From Thermoanaerobaculia bacterium (GTDB lineage: Bacteria; Acidobacteriota; Thermoanaerobaculia; Multivoradales; Multivoraceae), in the NCBI GenBank assembly GCA_965232105.1, contig OZ246956.1, positions 20,101-84,100 on the forward strand: a stretch of 64,000 nt of DNA. The letters are read 5' to 3'. The notes below the pieces were generated by a model. That model worked only from the letters and a program-made list of their open reading frames with translations. It was not told the DNA's origin and searched no databases. Shown here piece by piece: positions 29,572-38,561 of this stretch (positions are counted from its first letter, which is position 1; each line of letters begins with the position of its first letter). The position numbers and the translations under genes were made by a program.

Positions 29572-30453
29572 ATGATCTACCTTCGCCGCCTCGCCCCACT
29601 CGCCCTCGCCCTGCTGCTCCTCGCGGCCACCCCCGCCGTCGCCTCCGCAGACGAAGCGGACGCCCCCATCCGCGTCCTCTTCCTCAGCAAGTCCTCCGGC
29701 TTCCAGCACTCCGCGATCAACCGCACCGACGGCCATCCCAGTCACGTCGACACCGTCCTCGCCCAGATCGGCGCCGAGCGCGGCTTCGCCGTCACGTCCA
29801 CCAAGGACGCCGGCCTGATCAACGCCACCCAGCTCGCCAACTTCGACGTCGTCATCTTCTACACGACCGGCGACCTGACCCAGCGCGGCGGCACCGGCGA
29901 GGGCTTCTTCCGCGGCGACGGCAATCCCCCGATGAGCGCCGACGGCGTCTCCGACCTGATCGCGTGGATCGAAGCCGGCGGCGGCTTTGTCGGCTTCCAC
30001 CCCGCGACCGACACTTTCCACGGCGAGGGTGACGAGGTGACGCCCTACATCGGCATGATCGGCGGCGAGTTCCTCCACCACGGCAGGCAGTTCGAAGGCA
30101 TCGTCCGAGTCGCCGACGCCGGCCACCCGACGATGGCCAACGTCGAAGACGGCTGGAAGATCATGGACGAGTGGTACCTGTACAAGAACGTCGCCCAGGA
30201 CGAACTGCACGTCCTCGCCCTGATGGACCCGGGCGAAGAACGGTCCAAGCAGGAGGTCTACGACATCGCCCCCTACCCCATCGTCTGGTGCCGGGAACTG
30301 GGCGACGGCCGCGTCTTCCACAACGCGATGGGCCACCGCGAAGACGTCTGGTCCCACGAGATGTTCCAGACCTGGGTCGGCGACACGATCGAGTGGGCGG
30401 CAGGCGAGGGTGAGGCTGCGGCCGCGCCGAACTGGGGTGATGTGGTTCAATAA
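29572..30453 (+). CDS. ThuA-like (trehalose utilisation) domain secreted protein
   Basis: Start at ATG 29572 (MIYLRRLAPLALALLLLAATPAVASA). ...IRVLFLSKSSGFQHS..., ...FDVVIFYTTGDL..., ...GGGFVGFHPATDTF..., ...DEWY... are ThuA features. Confidence 0.78.
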   Translation: MIYLRRLAPLALALLLLAATPAVASADEADAPIRVLFLSKSSGFQHSAINRTDGHPSHVDTVLAQIGAERGFAVTSTKDAGLINATQLANFDVVIFYTTGDLTQRGGTGEGFFRGDGNPPMSADGVSDLIAWIEAGGGFVGFHPATDTFHGEGDEVTPYIGMIGGEFLHHGRQFEGIVRVADAGHPTMANVEDGWKIMDEWYLYKNVAQDELHVLALMDPGEERSKQEVYDIAPYPIVWCRELGDGRVFHNAMGHREDVWSHEMFQTWVGDTIEWAAGEGEAAAAPNWGDVVQ

Positions 30454-30467
30454 GGCGACAGTCGCCA

Positions 30468-30878
30468 ATGTCAACCGAAACCGTCGAAGCCAGGCCCATA
30501 GCGGCGACACTCCGGGAGGAACTCGAAACCGAGCCGGACGTCATCGCCGCATACCTGTACGGTTCCGTCGCCCGCGGCACCCACCGCCGTGACAGCGATG
30601 TCGACCTGGCCCTGCTCCTCCAAGAGGATCCGCCAGACACCCTCGAGGGCCTCCGACTCGGCCTCGCCGCCCGGCTCCAGAACCAACTCAAACGATCGGT
30701 CCAAGTCGTCATCCTCAACCGTGCGTCATGCGATCTGGCGCACCGGGTGCGTCGCGATGGTCAACTTCTGATCGAGCGGGACCATCGGCGGCGCGTGGCC
30801 TGGGAAGTCAAGTCCCGCAACGAGTACTTCGACATGGAGCCGATCCGCCGGCTCTACCGCCACGGCTCCACCTCATGA
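30468..30878 (+). CDS. mntA: MntA-type nucleotidyltransferase antitoxin (type VII TA)
   Basis: ...VIAAYLYGSVARGTHRRDSDVDLALLL... is the GSxxRG...DxD minimal nucleotidyltransferase motif. ATGA overlap with the downstream DUF86 gene. Confidence 0.85.
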   Translation: MSTETVEARPIAATLREELETEPDVIAAYLYGSVARGTHRRDSDVDLALLLQEDPPDTLEGLRLGLAARLQNQLKRSVQVVILNRASCDLAHRVRRDGQLLIERDHRRRVAWEVKSRNEYFDMEPIRRLYRHGSTS

Positions 30879-31291
30879 CCGACGCCGAACTGGTCGCAAA
30901 GAAGCTCGCCGAGATCGAGACCTACCTGGCCGACCTGCACAGGCTTGGTCGACCCGACCTTCTGGAGACCGATCTCAAGGAGCAGCGGTTCATCCTGATG
31001 ACGCTGCAACTAGCGATCCAGGCGGTACTCGATGTCGCCTCGCACATCGTCTCGGACGACAAGCTCGGGGAACCCGAACACAATCGGGACCTGTTCGTCA
31101 TCCTGAACTCCGCGGACTGGCTCACCGACAATCTAGCTCAACGCCTGCAGCACATGGTCGGCTTCCGGAACATCCTCGTTCACGAGTACGCCCGGACAAA
31201 TCTGGCGATCGTTCGGGACGTGCTGGAGAATCGACTTGAGGATCTCACCGAGTTCCGCGATGCCGTTCACCGACGGCTGACCGTCGCGTAG
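30875..31291 (+). CDS. hepT: HepT (DUF86) HEPN-family RNase toxin (type VII TA)
   Basis: ATG 30875 overlaps the mntA stop. ...MVGFRNILVHEYARTNLAIV... contains the Rx4HxY HEPN/DUF86 catalytic motif. Confidence 0.9.
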   Translation: MTDAELVAKKLAEIETYLADLHRLGRPDLLETDLKEQRFILMTLQLAIQAVLDVASHIVSDDKLGEPEHNRDLFVILNSADWLTDNLAQRLQHMVGFRNILVHEYARTNLAIVRDVLENRLEDLTEFRDAVHRRLTVA

Positions 31292-31385
31292 CGAGCTACT
31301 CGGGGCCAAGGCACGAGACCCGGCTCACCCGGCTGGTAACGGGCGCAACCACGCTCGTTCACGCCCGCCAGCACAAGGAGAAGCG

Positions 31386-32681
31386 ATGAGCATCGAGTCC
31401 TCAGCACCGGCTTCACTCGAACCGAATGCCTCAACGACGATCGAGGAGCGCACAGTAGTCGCCATCAATGGCGAGCCCGCCGAGATGCCAGTGCGGGCAG
31501 TGCTCCAACTGGCGCGCAGTCCTCGACTCGTCCTGGAGTACGAGACCTTTCCGCCCAACCTGCTCAGCAAGACCGACAAAGGCGCGACGCTTCTTCTTGA
31601 CAACGGAGGCAAGGTAGAAGTGCTCAAGCCGCACCCGTTGCCCGGCCCCGCCGGTCTTCGCGGCGTCCTGCACCCGAGGAAGCAGCCCTTTACGGTCTTC
31701 GATCGCGGGCACCCGCTTCAGGCCGTCTCGTTCAGCGCGGTCAATTTCCCCAACCTCTACGGCAGCCACGACGAGTTCGTCGAAAGAGGCGGGCAGTGCA
31801 TTCGCTGCGGAAACGCCGAACTTGAGACGCCGTCTTTCCGAACAACCCTGACCGCCAACCATGATCTCAGCCGAAACGAGCAACTGCTGGCTGCAAGCGG
31901 CGGCTACGTCGTCACGCACCGCGGACACCTTGTTCGCCGGGACAGCGGTGTTTTCGCTCGCGCGGACGCCGAGCACGTCCTTCTCGCCTTGCGGCGTTTT
32001 CTCTCGTTTGCTCGCGGGACTTCGTGCGCGCTGGTTCAGGTGGAGGGGAGGACCGCGAACGGCGAATGCTCCTGGCGGTGGTGGGGCTCCCACGGAGTCG
32101 CCGAATGGAATCCGACACCATCCTGGTCGCGAAGCGTGTCCGACGGCATGGATGCCCTCGCCGGCGCCTTCCCGGGATTCTGGAGACAGTTCAAGGTCGA
32201 CGAGGCAGACTCAGACAGTTCGGTGGAGTTCGCGATCGAGTGGTACGTCAGCAGCAACGAGACGAACGCGGTAGCGCCCGGCCTCGTTCTCTCCCAGGCG
32301 GCACTTGAGCGCGTGACGCACAAAAACGTCGGTCCAAAGCGCAAGGACGGCAAGAAACAGGAGAAGACGGGCGTGTGGATCGGACGTGCGCTCGGCGAGG
32401 CGCACATCAGCGAGACCATCCCGATGGAGTTGAGCCACTTGGTCGCGGCAGGCCAAGAACACTGCTGGTCGAGCGGCCCTCACGCGATCGTTGCTGCTCG
32501 GAACGACCTAGTTCACCCTCACATGGTGAGCCCGGCCTCCACCGAGGCCCTGATTGAGGCGCGACGACTCAGTCAGTGGTACGTCGAACTCCTGCTGATG
32601 AAGCTCTTCGGCTACACCGGCTCGTACCGGAATCGAATCAACAACGAGTGGGAACCGGTCCCTTGGGTCGTCCCCACATAG
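31386..32681 (+). CDS. Uncharacterised 431-aa protein: beta-rich N-terminal region plus helical C-terminal region with Rx4H (HEPN-like; possibly ApeA-like)
   Basis: Strong RBS (aaggaga) 6 nt upstream of the ATG. The C-terminal ...HAIVAARNDLVHPHM... gives R-N-D-L-V-H, which is Rx4H. The architecture recalls ApeA (ApeA_NTD1 + HEPN_Apea), but I could not verify this. The confidence value refers to the functional call; the CDS itself is solid. Confidence 0.55.
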   Translation: MSIESSAPASLEPNASTTIEERTVVAINGEPAEMPVRAVLQLARSPRLVLEYETFPPNLLSKTDKGATLLLDNGGKVEVLKPHPLPGPAGLRGVLHPRKQPFTVFDRGHPLQAVSFSAVNFPNLYGSHDEFVERGGQCIRCGNAELETPSFRTTLTANHDLSRNEQLLAASGGYVVTHRGHLVRRDSGVFARADAEHVLLALRRFLSFARGTSCALVQVEGRTANGECSWRWWGSHGVAEWNPTPSWSRSVSDGMDALAGAFPGFWRQFKVDEADSDSSVEFAIEWYVSSNETNAVAPGLVLSQAALERVTHKNVGPKRKDGKKQEKTGVWIGRALGEAHISETIPMELSHLVAAGQEHCWSSGPHAIVAARNDLVHPHMVSPASTEALIEARRLSQWYVELLLMKLFGYTGSYRNRINNEWEPVPWVVPT

Positions 32682-32699
32682 CAGTCGCTGCCGCAACTC

Positions 32700-32887
32700 G
32701 TCCGAGCTTTCGCGGGGTTCTGAGCCGAACTCGATGTCGCCTTGCAAGGCGGCAGCACATGGCCGGCCTCCGGGCGCCTCCGGGAACCTCCGGGACATCC
32801 TCGTTCGCGAGTACGCGTGGACCAACCTGGCGAACCCTCCGTGACATCCCTGACAGCCGGCTCGGAGAACTGAGGGGGTTCTGCTAG
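32700..32887 (+). pseudogene. Decayed 3' fragment of a second hepT/DUF86 gene
   Basis: DNA and peptide similarity to hepT 31090-31260: LARRQHMAGLR vs LAQRLQHMVGFR; RDILVREYAWTNLA vs RNILVHEYARTNLA (catalytic H replaced by R); LRDIPDSRLGELRGF vs VRDVLENRLEDLTEF. The pieces lie in different frames, so there are at least 2 frameshifts. A 10-bp unit (cctccggg+2) is triplicated at 32767-32796. Confidence 0.65.
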
Positions 32888-32908
32888 ACCGTACGCACGC
32901 GGCTCGCT

Positions 32909-34870
32909 CTATCCCGTCAATAGCTCCGGCACGTTCTCCCGGATCTCTTTCGCCTCTTCGTGTGCCGGGAATCGCCGTACTGCCTCCCTCCAAGTGGCCT
33001 TGGCCTCAGCGACTCTTCCAGAGTTCCAGTAGACACCTCCCAGATTGAACCAGGCCCGATCGTAGTCCTCCTCCAATTGCACTGCTCGGCGATACGCATC
33101 GACTGCCCCTTCGACATCGCCCACTCCCGCCCTAGCGACTCCAACTTGAAACCAGCTCAACGCGTCCGGCTGGTGCTCCTGTGCCTGGGCCAGCAGAACC
33201 GGCAAGGCCTCCGCGTACCTCCCCAGGAAGTTCAGAGCAGTTCCGAAGCAGTAGCCGTATTCGTCCGCAGACACGTCGAACGCCCGCCGGTAGCACTCCT
33301 CCGCCTCGACCCAATCCCCATCGTCCTGAGCCCAATGGCCACACCGATCCCAAAGGAACGCTGGATTGGTCGCGCCACGCGCCACTAGCTGTTCGGTGCT
33401 TCGCTTGACCTTCTCGTAGTTGTAGGCCGTCCGTTCGCCGTCGGCCTGAAGCAGGAACACACAGAGCAGCCTCTCACGCTCTGCCACCACCGTTCTCCCG
33501 AGCGGCACACCCGCGCAGTCGTCCCAGAATCGAAGCGCGTGACGGGCCGCTTCGACGGACGCTCTGCCGTAGGTCGCCACCAACCTCGCACACCAAGGCA
33601 ACACCCACTCCGACTCCCGAGCACGCCCCTGTAACGCCCGGATCTCCCGAAACGCTTCCCCGGTCCTGCCCAACTCGAACAGAACCTCAGCACGCCAGCC
33701 CTGCACCGACGTCAGAGCCAGGGCCGAGCCTCCTGAACACACGATCGCGTCGAGGTGCTCCAAGGCTCGCTCAAGCTCACTCACGCCTCCAGGGCTCCGC
33801 CTGTAGCTGAGGGCGAGGGCGAAGTGCGCCTCAGCGAGGTCAGCGTCGAACTTGAGAGCCCTCCGGTAGAGAACGTGTGCGCCCTCGACGTCCCCCAGCT
33901 TCGCCTTCGCCGCACCGAAGTTCTTGCAACACATCGCTGCTAGACCACTACCGTCAGACCCCTCCAACAGCTCCAGAGCTGCCTCGTACGTTTCCACCGC
34001 ACGCCGGTAGTCACCCAAGGCAAGCCAGCCATTGCCGACGCAGTAGAGCATGGATCCCGGCGAGAACACTCCGCCATTGGCGGCGTCCTGCAGGACCTCG
34101 ATGCCCTTGGCAACCCGGGCTCGGTCGACCTCCTGGCCATTGACTCCCAGGTTGATCTCCGCCATGTAGGCGTACGAGAACTTCCCGATGGAAGTACCCA
34201 GTACAGCGTGAAACTTGTCGAAATTGCAACTTATGGTTCGGTCCTGCCCTCGGCGATAGAGTTCCGCCAACAACGCCTCGGCACTCGCGACGTCGGCGGG
34301 TACAGGCAAGTCCACGCCCATTTCTTCGGGCAAGCCAGCCAAGCGGTTCGGAGGCAGAGTGGCGTATAGATGCCGACGGTCTCGCGCGCCCCTCGCTGAG
34401 GCGATCGCGTGCTCTTTCAGTCTCTTCTGAAATTCGAGGCTAAAGGCGTCTTTGAACCTCACAGTTACAGTCGATTGATCGCCCCAGGCTCCCGGGCAAT
34501 GCTCATACTCGCGCAACACGTCGTCGACTCTGCGAACCAGTAATCGCTCGGACGGAGCGTGATAGCACACGAACACGGAGGCCGGGTGCACCGTCAGGTA
34601 GTTGAGTGTCGTTCTTCTGACGGACCGACTCACGGCCCCGTCGGCGCTGGCGTCGCTCCGCGTCCCTTTGAGCTGTACGGCGACTCTGACATTCGTCATC
34701 TCGTGGCCGTCTCGCGCCTCGATCCAGAAGTCGACACCGTAGTCGGAGTCGTCGACAGACTGAACGACGAAGTGTTCGCCATCCGAGATCGCCGTCCTGA
34801 AGCGACTCTTGGACTCCTCGTCGAGCTCGCGGTTCTTGTCGTGCTTGGGAAGATCGTCCAAGTAAGACAC
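32909..34870 (-). CDS. DUF4365-like (restriction-endonuclease-fold) N-terminal domain fused to a long TPR array
   Basis: GTG start with ggtggag RBS. N-terminus ...SKSRFRTAISDGEHFVVQSVDDSDYGVDFWIEA...VRVAVQLKGT... fits the DUF4365 pattern (DyGiD ... vQvK) of PD-(D/E)xK-like nucleases. Residues ~230-650 are TPR-like (e.g. ...DYRRAVETYEAALEL..., ...AHFALALSY..., ...AVDAYRRAVQLEEDYDRAWFNLGGVY...). No Walker A motif seen. Confidence 0.68.
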   Translation of the reverse strand: MSYLDDLPKHDKNRELDEESKSRFRTAISDGEHFVVQSVDDSDYGVDFWIEARDGHEMTNVRVAVQLKGTRSDASADGAVSRSVRRTTLNYLTVHPASVFVCYHAPSERLLVRRVDDVLREYEHCPGAWGDQSTVTVRFKDAFSLEFQKRLKEHAIASARGARDRRHLYATLPPNRLAGLPEEMGVDLPVPADVASAEALLAELYRRGQDRTISCNFDKFHAVLGTSIGKFSYAYMAEINLGVNGQEVDRARVAKGIEVLQDAANGGVFSPGSMLYCVGNGWLALGDYRRAVETYEAALELLEGSDGSGLAAMCCKNFGAAKAKLGDVEGAHVLYRRALKFDADLAEAHFALALSYRRSPGGVSELERALEHLDAIVCSGGSALALTSVQGWRAEVLFELGRTGEAFREIRALQGRARESEWVLPWCARLVATYGRASVEAARHALRFWDDCAGVPLGRTVVAERERLLCVFLLQADGERTAYNYEKVKRSTEQLVARGATNPAFLWDRCGHWAQDDGDWVEAEECYRRAFDVSADEYGYCFGTALNFLGRYAEALPVLLAQAQEHQPDALSWFQVGVARAGVGDVEGAVDAYRRAVQLEEDYDRAWFNLGGVYWNSGRVAEAKATWREAVRRFPAHEEAKEIRENVPELLTG

Positions 34871-35021
34871 TATTACTCCACCGCCGATTCAACTCGCTAG
34901 TAGGCGGGCCCGAAGGCCAAAGCCATGCCGTTGCAGTACGGTCGCGGTCCGGGACGATAGCAGCCGTTCGTTGAGTCAGAGGCCTGGCGGCACCTCAACC
35001 ACAAGATGGTCCCGTAACGCC

Positions 35022-35835
35022 TCAAAGGTCGACCCGGCTCTCGGAATCCCCTGCCGACAGTGCGTTCATGTAGGCGAGAACGAGATCACCCGTTCGGTAG
35101 GACCCGAAGAGAGCCTCGTCCTGCCGCTGTGCGATCGGGAAAGTCCGAAGCACGTACTCCGCGTCTTGCCGGCACAAACCGTAGAGCAGGAAGTACAAAG
35201 CATCCAGCCTGGCTCGCAAGTGCCGGCGCTCCTCCTGGTCCCAGGAAAAGGGACGCGGGCCGCAGCCAAGGTCACGCGCAAGCGGCTCCATGTCGTGCGC
35301 CGCGTAGGTCAGGCGTAGGACGTGGTCGCGGACGATGTCCAGAGCGGTCCTGTCCCCGAACCGGCGCTTGTAGTCCCCAGCCAGAATCACCGGCAACTGC
35401 TCGACGATGAACCAGTTCAGATGCTGTCCCTGGACCTTCTGCCGGGCCACGAAGTCGAACACGAAGGAGTTGAAGTTGGCGGCAAGCAGCGACAATGCCT
35501 CCGCGGCCGCCGCAGCTGAGCGGGCACCATCGGGTGTAAGCAGGGGAAGCGTGTTGCCCACGGCGGAGCGAGGTACAAGAGAAGCGATCATGGTGCGAAC
35601 GTTCGTCGGCGCCGTGACGTCCTTGAAGGCGAGTGCCCAGTCGACACCCACTGGCCACTCCACCTTGTCAGCCGCAACCCAGAACTGCGGATCAGGCGAC
35701 CAAGCCGGATCAGCATGCTCCGCCAGCGTTGCCTCGCGCGGCTGCGCGGGGCGGTTCAGATTCTCCGGGTTCACGACCACGCTCGCCGCCCGGTGGTCGA
35801 ACGCCTGGACCATCTTGCCCTCGTACAGGAGGTAT
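35022..35835 (-). pseudogene. C-terminal fragment of a type IIG/IIL restriction-modification enzyme (Eco57I/MmeI/YeeA-like)
   Basis: ...YLLYEGKMVQAFDHRAASVV... matches the PLYEGKMIxQFDHR motif I associate with the C-terminal part of these fused methylase-endonucleases. It begins exactly at the IS boundary and has no start codon of its own. Confidence 0.68.
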
Positions 35836-37191
35836 TGCCGAAAGTTGTGGATCGGCGATTTGATCAGGCAGCGTTCCTGACCTGAGTTCCGTCGGTGAAT
35901 GGTACTCCTTCTCTGACCAGAGCAACGAGGTGCGGGGCGTTGACTCGTCGCCAGCGTTTCTGCGCCATGTCGAGCAGCTTGAAGGCCATCAGCAGGGCCT
36001 TGGTGCGTGACCCGGCGCCCTTGGTGACCCGCTGCCGCAGCTTGACGGTGGCAAACGTCGATTCGACTGCGTTGGTGGTGCGCAGGTGCTGCCAGTGCTC
36101 GGCCGGGAAGTCGAAGAAGCTGAGCAGGCAGTCCTGGTCCCTTTGCAGGGATTCGACCGCCTTGGGGTACTTGGCGCCGTAGTCCTCGGCGAAACTCTCG
36201 ATCTCCGCCTCGGCATCCTCGCGGCACTCCGCGTACATGATCTCGTGCAGAGCCCTCTTGGCCTTGGCCTGCAGCCGCTTCGGCAGCTTGTCCAGCACGT
36301 TCCTCAGCCGATGCACCCAGCATCTCTGCTCCCTGGTTTCGGGCCACACGTCGCGGACCGCCCGCCACAGGCCCAGGGCGCCGTCGCCGATGGCCAGGAC
36401 TGGCGCTCGCAGGCCGCGGCGCTTCAGGTCCCGCAGGACGCTCGCCCAGCTCTCCGCGCTCTCCCGGTAGCCGTCCTCCACCGCGATCAGCTCCTTGGTC
36501 CCGTCACGGCGCACGCCAAGCAGGACCAGCGTGCACAGGCGATCGTCCTCCAGACGGACCCGGAAATGCACGCCGTCCGCCCACACGTACACGTAGTCCT
36601 CGGCGCTCAGGTCTCGTTGCCGGAAGGACCGGTACTCCTTCTCCCACGACGAGGTCATCCGCGCGATGCTGGATGCAGACAGGCCCGAGGCCTTCTCCCC
36701 CAGCAAGGCGCCGAGCGCTTCCTTGAAGTCGCCTGTCGACAAACCCCGCAGGTACAACACCGGCAGGACCTCCTCGACCTTCGGCGAGCGGCGCATGTAC
36801 GGCGGCAGGATCGAGCTCGTGAAGCGATGATCAGGCCGCCGGTCGTCGACCCGGGGAGCCCTGACCTCCACCGTGCCGGCGCCCATCGTCACCTGCCGCG
36901 CGCGGGCCCGGCCGTTGCGCACCACCAGTGCACGGCCGTCCTCCCCGCGTTCCGCGCGGTGTCTCTCCACGTACTCGGAGACTTCCACCTCCAGGGCCTC
37001 CACCAGCATCCGGCGAGCGCCCTCGCGGAAAAGCTCGTCGAGAGGCACGACGGTGTTCCCCTCCGAGGCGGTTTCGACTATCTTGAGCATGGGCGGCGTG
37101 TCCTTTCTCCCGGCATCCGACCGGGCGTCTTGTTGAACACCCAGGAGGATACGCCGCCTGATCTGCATCACCGGATCCACAACTTCTGGCA
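35836..37191 (-). mobile_element. IS256-family insertion sequence (~1.36 kb) inside the restriction-modification gene
   Basis: Imperfect ~38-bp terminal inverted repeats: left gccgaaagttgtggatcggcgatttgatcaggcagcg (from 35837); right, as reverse complement from 37190, gccagaagttgtggatccggtgatgcagatcaggcggcg. A single transposase ORF fills the element. Boundaries are +/- a few bp. Confidence 0.85.
35864..37090 (-). CDS. IS256-family transposase
   Basis: 408 aa from MLKIVETASEGNTVVPLDELFREGARRMLVEALEVEVSEYVERH.... ...YVWADGVHFRVR..., ...AIGDGALGLW..., ...QRCWVHRLRNVLDKLP..., ...TTNAVESTFATVKLR... are hallmark IS256/mutator-type motifs. In the track it appears fused in-frame to the upstream gene fragment. 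Confidence 0.92.
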   Translation of the reverse strand: MLKIVETASEGNTVVPLDELFREGARRMLVEALEVEVSEYVERHRAERGEDGRALVVRNGRARARQVTMGAGTVEVRAPRVDDRRPDHRFTSSILPPYMRRSPKVEEVLPVLYLRGLSTGDFKEALGALLGEKASGLSASSIARMTSSWEKEYRSFRQRDLSAEDYVYVWADGVHFRVRLEDDRLCTLVLLGVRRDGTKELIAVEDGYRESAESWASVLRDLKRRGLRAPVLAIGDGALGLWRAVRDVWPETREQRCWVHRLRNVLDKLPKRLQAKAKRALHEIMYAECREDAEAEIESFAEDYGAKYPKAVESLQRDQDCLLSFFDFPAEHWQHLRTTNAVESTFATVKLRQRVTKGAGSRTKALLMAFKLLDMAQKRWRRVNAPHLVALVREGVPFTDGTQVRNAA

Positions 37192-38209
37192 GTAGCTCGA
37201 GTTCCATGAGGCGGTTGTAGTAGTTGCTCGCCGTGCTCGAGAACGTGTCTCGCTCGCGCCACCTCGTCGCAATGTCGTCGCGGACGCGCACGCGCAGGCC
37301 GTAGTCGTCGTATCGCGAGTCGTTCACGGGCAGCAGGCCACGGTCTTCGGCGTAAAGCACGAACAGCAGGCGATACAGGAAGATCAGGCCGGCATTCCGG
37401 ATCTCCTGCAGGTCGGCTTCCGGCGCCTGAGCGGCCAGGGCGTTCAGCAGCCGCGGGAACACATCGCCGAACACGACCTGGGAAAGGTCCTTGGCCGCAC
37501 TCTCCTCGTACCGCTTCCCCTCGGCGATCGCCAGGTCGACGAAGCTTGCTCTGGCACCCGTCCGCTGAACGAACGCATCCTGTCCAAAGAGAAGGAGGAA
37601 GCTCCTCAGGGCATCTTCGTCCCCACTCTCTAGGATCGCACCCAGGTCCACCTCGAAGTAGGCGCTCGCGCGCGGGCGAGCTTCGTGGTCGTAGAGCCTC
37701 CAGACGCGGCCGTTTGTCAGAAGGCCCCGGCTGATGCGTCCATCCGAGACGCTGTAGGCGGTAGCCAGATACCGGAGGATCTGGCCGTGCGGCGTGCCGA
37801 GCACGAACCGATCCGAACGATCCCGCGCATCCAGGGGCAAGCCGAACCGCTTACTCTCCTGGACCACAAGGGCATCCACATAGCGGTCGTCCGGGGCCGT
37901 CCGCTCGGCAGCGCGCCCTTTCGACTCGGAGTCCTCGAACAGCAGGTGGTCCGGGACATCCTCGCCACGCGCCGCTTCCTGCTGCGGCAGGTAGTCCGTC
38001 CATCCAAGCAACCGAAGAACCGGCCTGATCAGCTCCTCCTCGGTGACCGCCTCATTGGGGGCGCTGAAGCGACTGATGCTCGCGAAGCGCTCGGTCACGC
38101 TGGCCCGGAATCCCGTGAGCGCCTCCGGTGTCCGGAGGGACTCCCGCCACTCGGGGGTCTCCTGAATGCCCTCGGTGAGGAAGTAGTGGGTGAAGAGTTG
38201 GCCCGTCAA
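37192..38209 (-). pseudogene. N-terminal fragment (nuclease + helical connector) of the same type IIG restriction-modification enzyme
   Basis: ...QLFTHYFLTEGI..., a PD-ExK-like ...VPDHLLFED...ALVVQESKRFG..., and ...LIFLYRLLFVLYAEDRGLLP... are typical of MmeI/Eco57I/PglX-type N-termini. It is truncated at the IS end after ...NYYNRLMELE. The likely start is TTG ~38209; the track ORF extends to 38293. Confidence 0.68.
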
Positions 38210-38561
38210 CGGCTTCTCACTGGAACATCGGGGTGGACAACCGTGTCGTCGTCGCGCTTGCAGCCATGAAGGTTGGAGTCTAGGCCCTTGCACGCTGGAA
38301 GCAAGTCCGACGCATGGATCGGGCCCGTTTGCCCGCCAGTCTCTGCCGACTTCTTCCGCACGGTGACGCCACGGTCTCAGCGCCCTCGGCGGCGGCTTCT
38401 GGGAAGTCTCTGCCGCACGTTCATTGCCTTGGATTTCCTTGTGTTCATTACTCCCGAAATGATAGCTTCATCATCTTCGCGGGATGCGTCGAAGGGCCGA
38501 TTCGGCAGCCTCCGAAGCGCACTAATCTTCACCGTCAAATCCCAGCACGGATGGCAACAGA

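Noticed and set aside
35022-36368. 448-aa ORF, and the 809-aa ORF 35864..38293, as genuine fusion proteins
   Set aside because: Both cross the IS256 boundaries. They are fortuitous read-throughs between restriction-modification gene fragments and IS sequence or an antisense transposase frame, not native proteins.
38293-38561. Possible ncRNA or tRNA in the lower-GC intergenic region upstream of the HNH gene
   Set aside because: I could fold no cloverleaf or conserved-looking structure by eye. It is more likely a promoter region or leftover island DNA.
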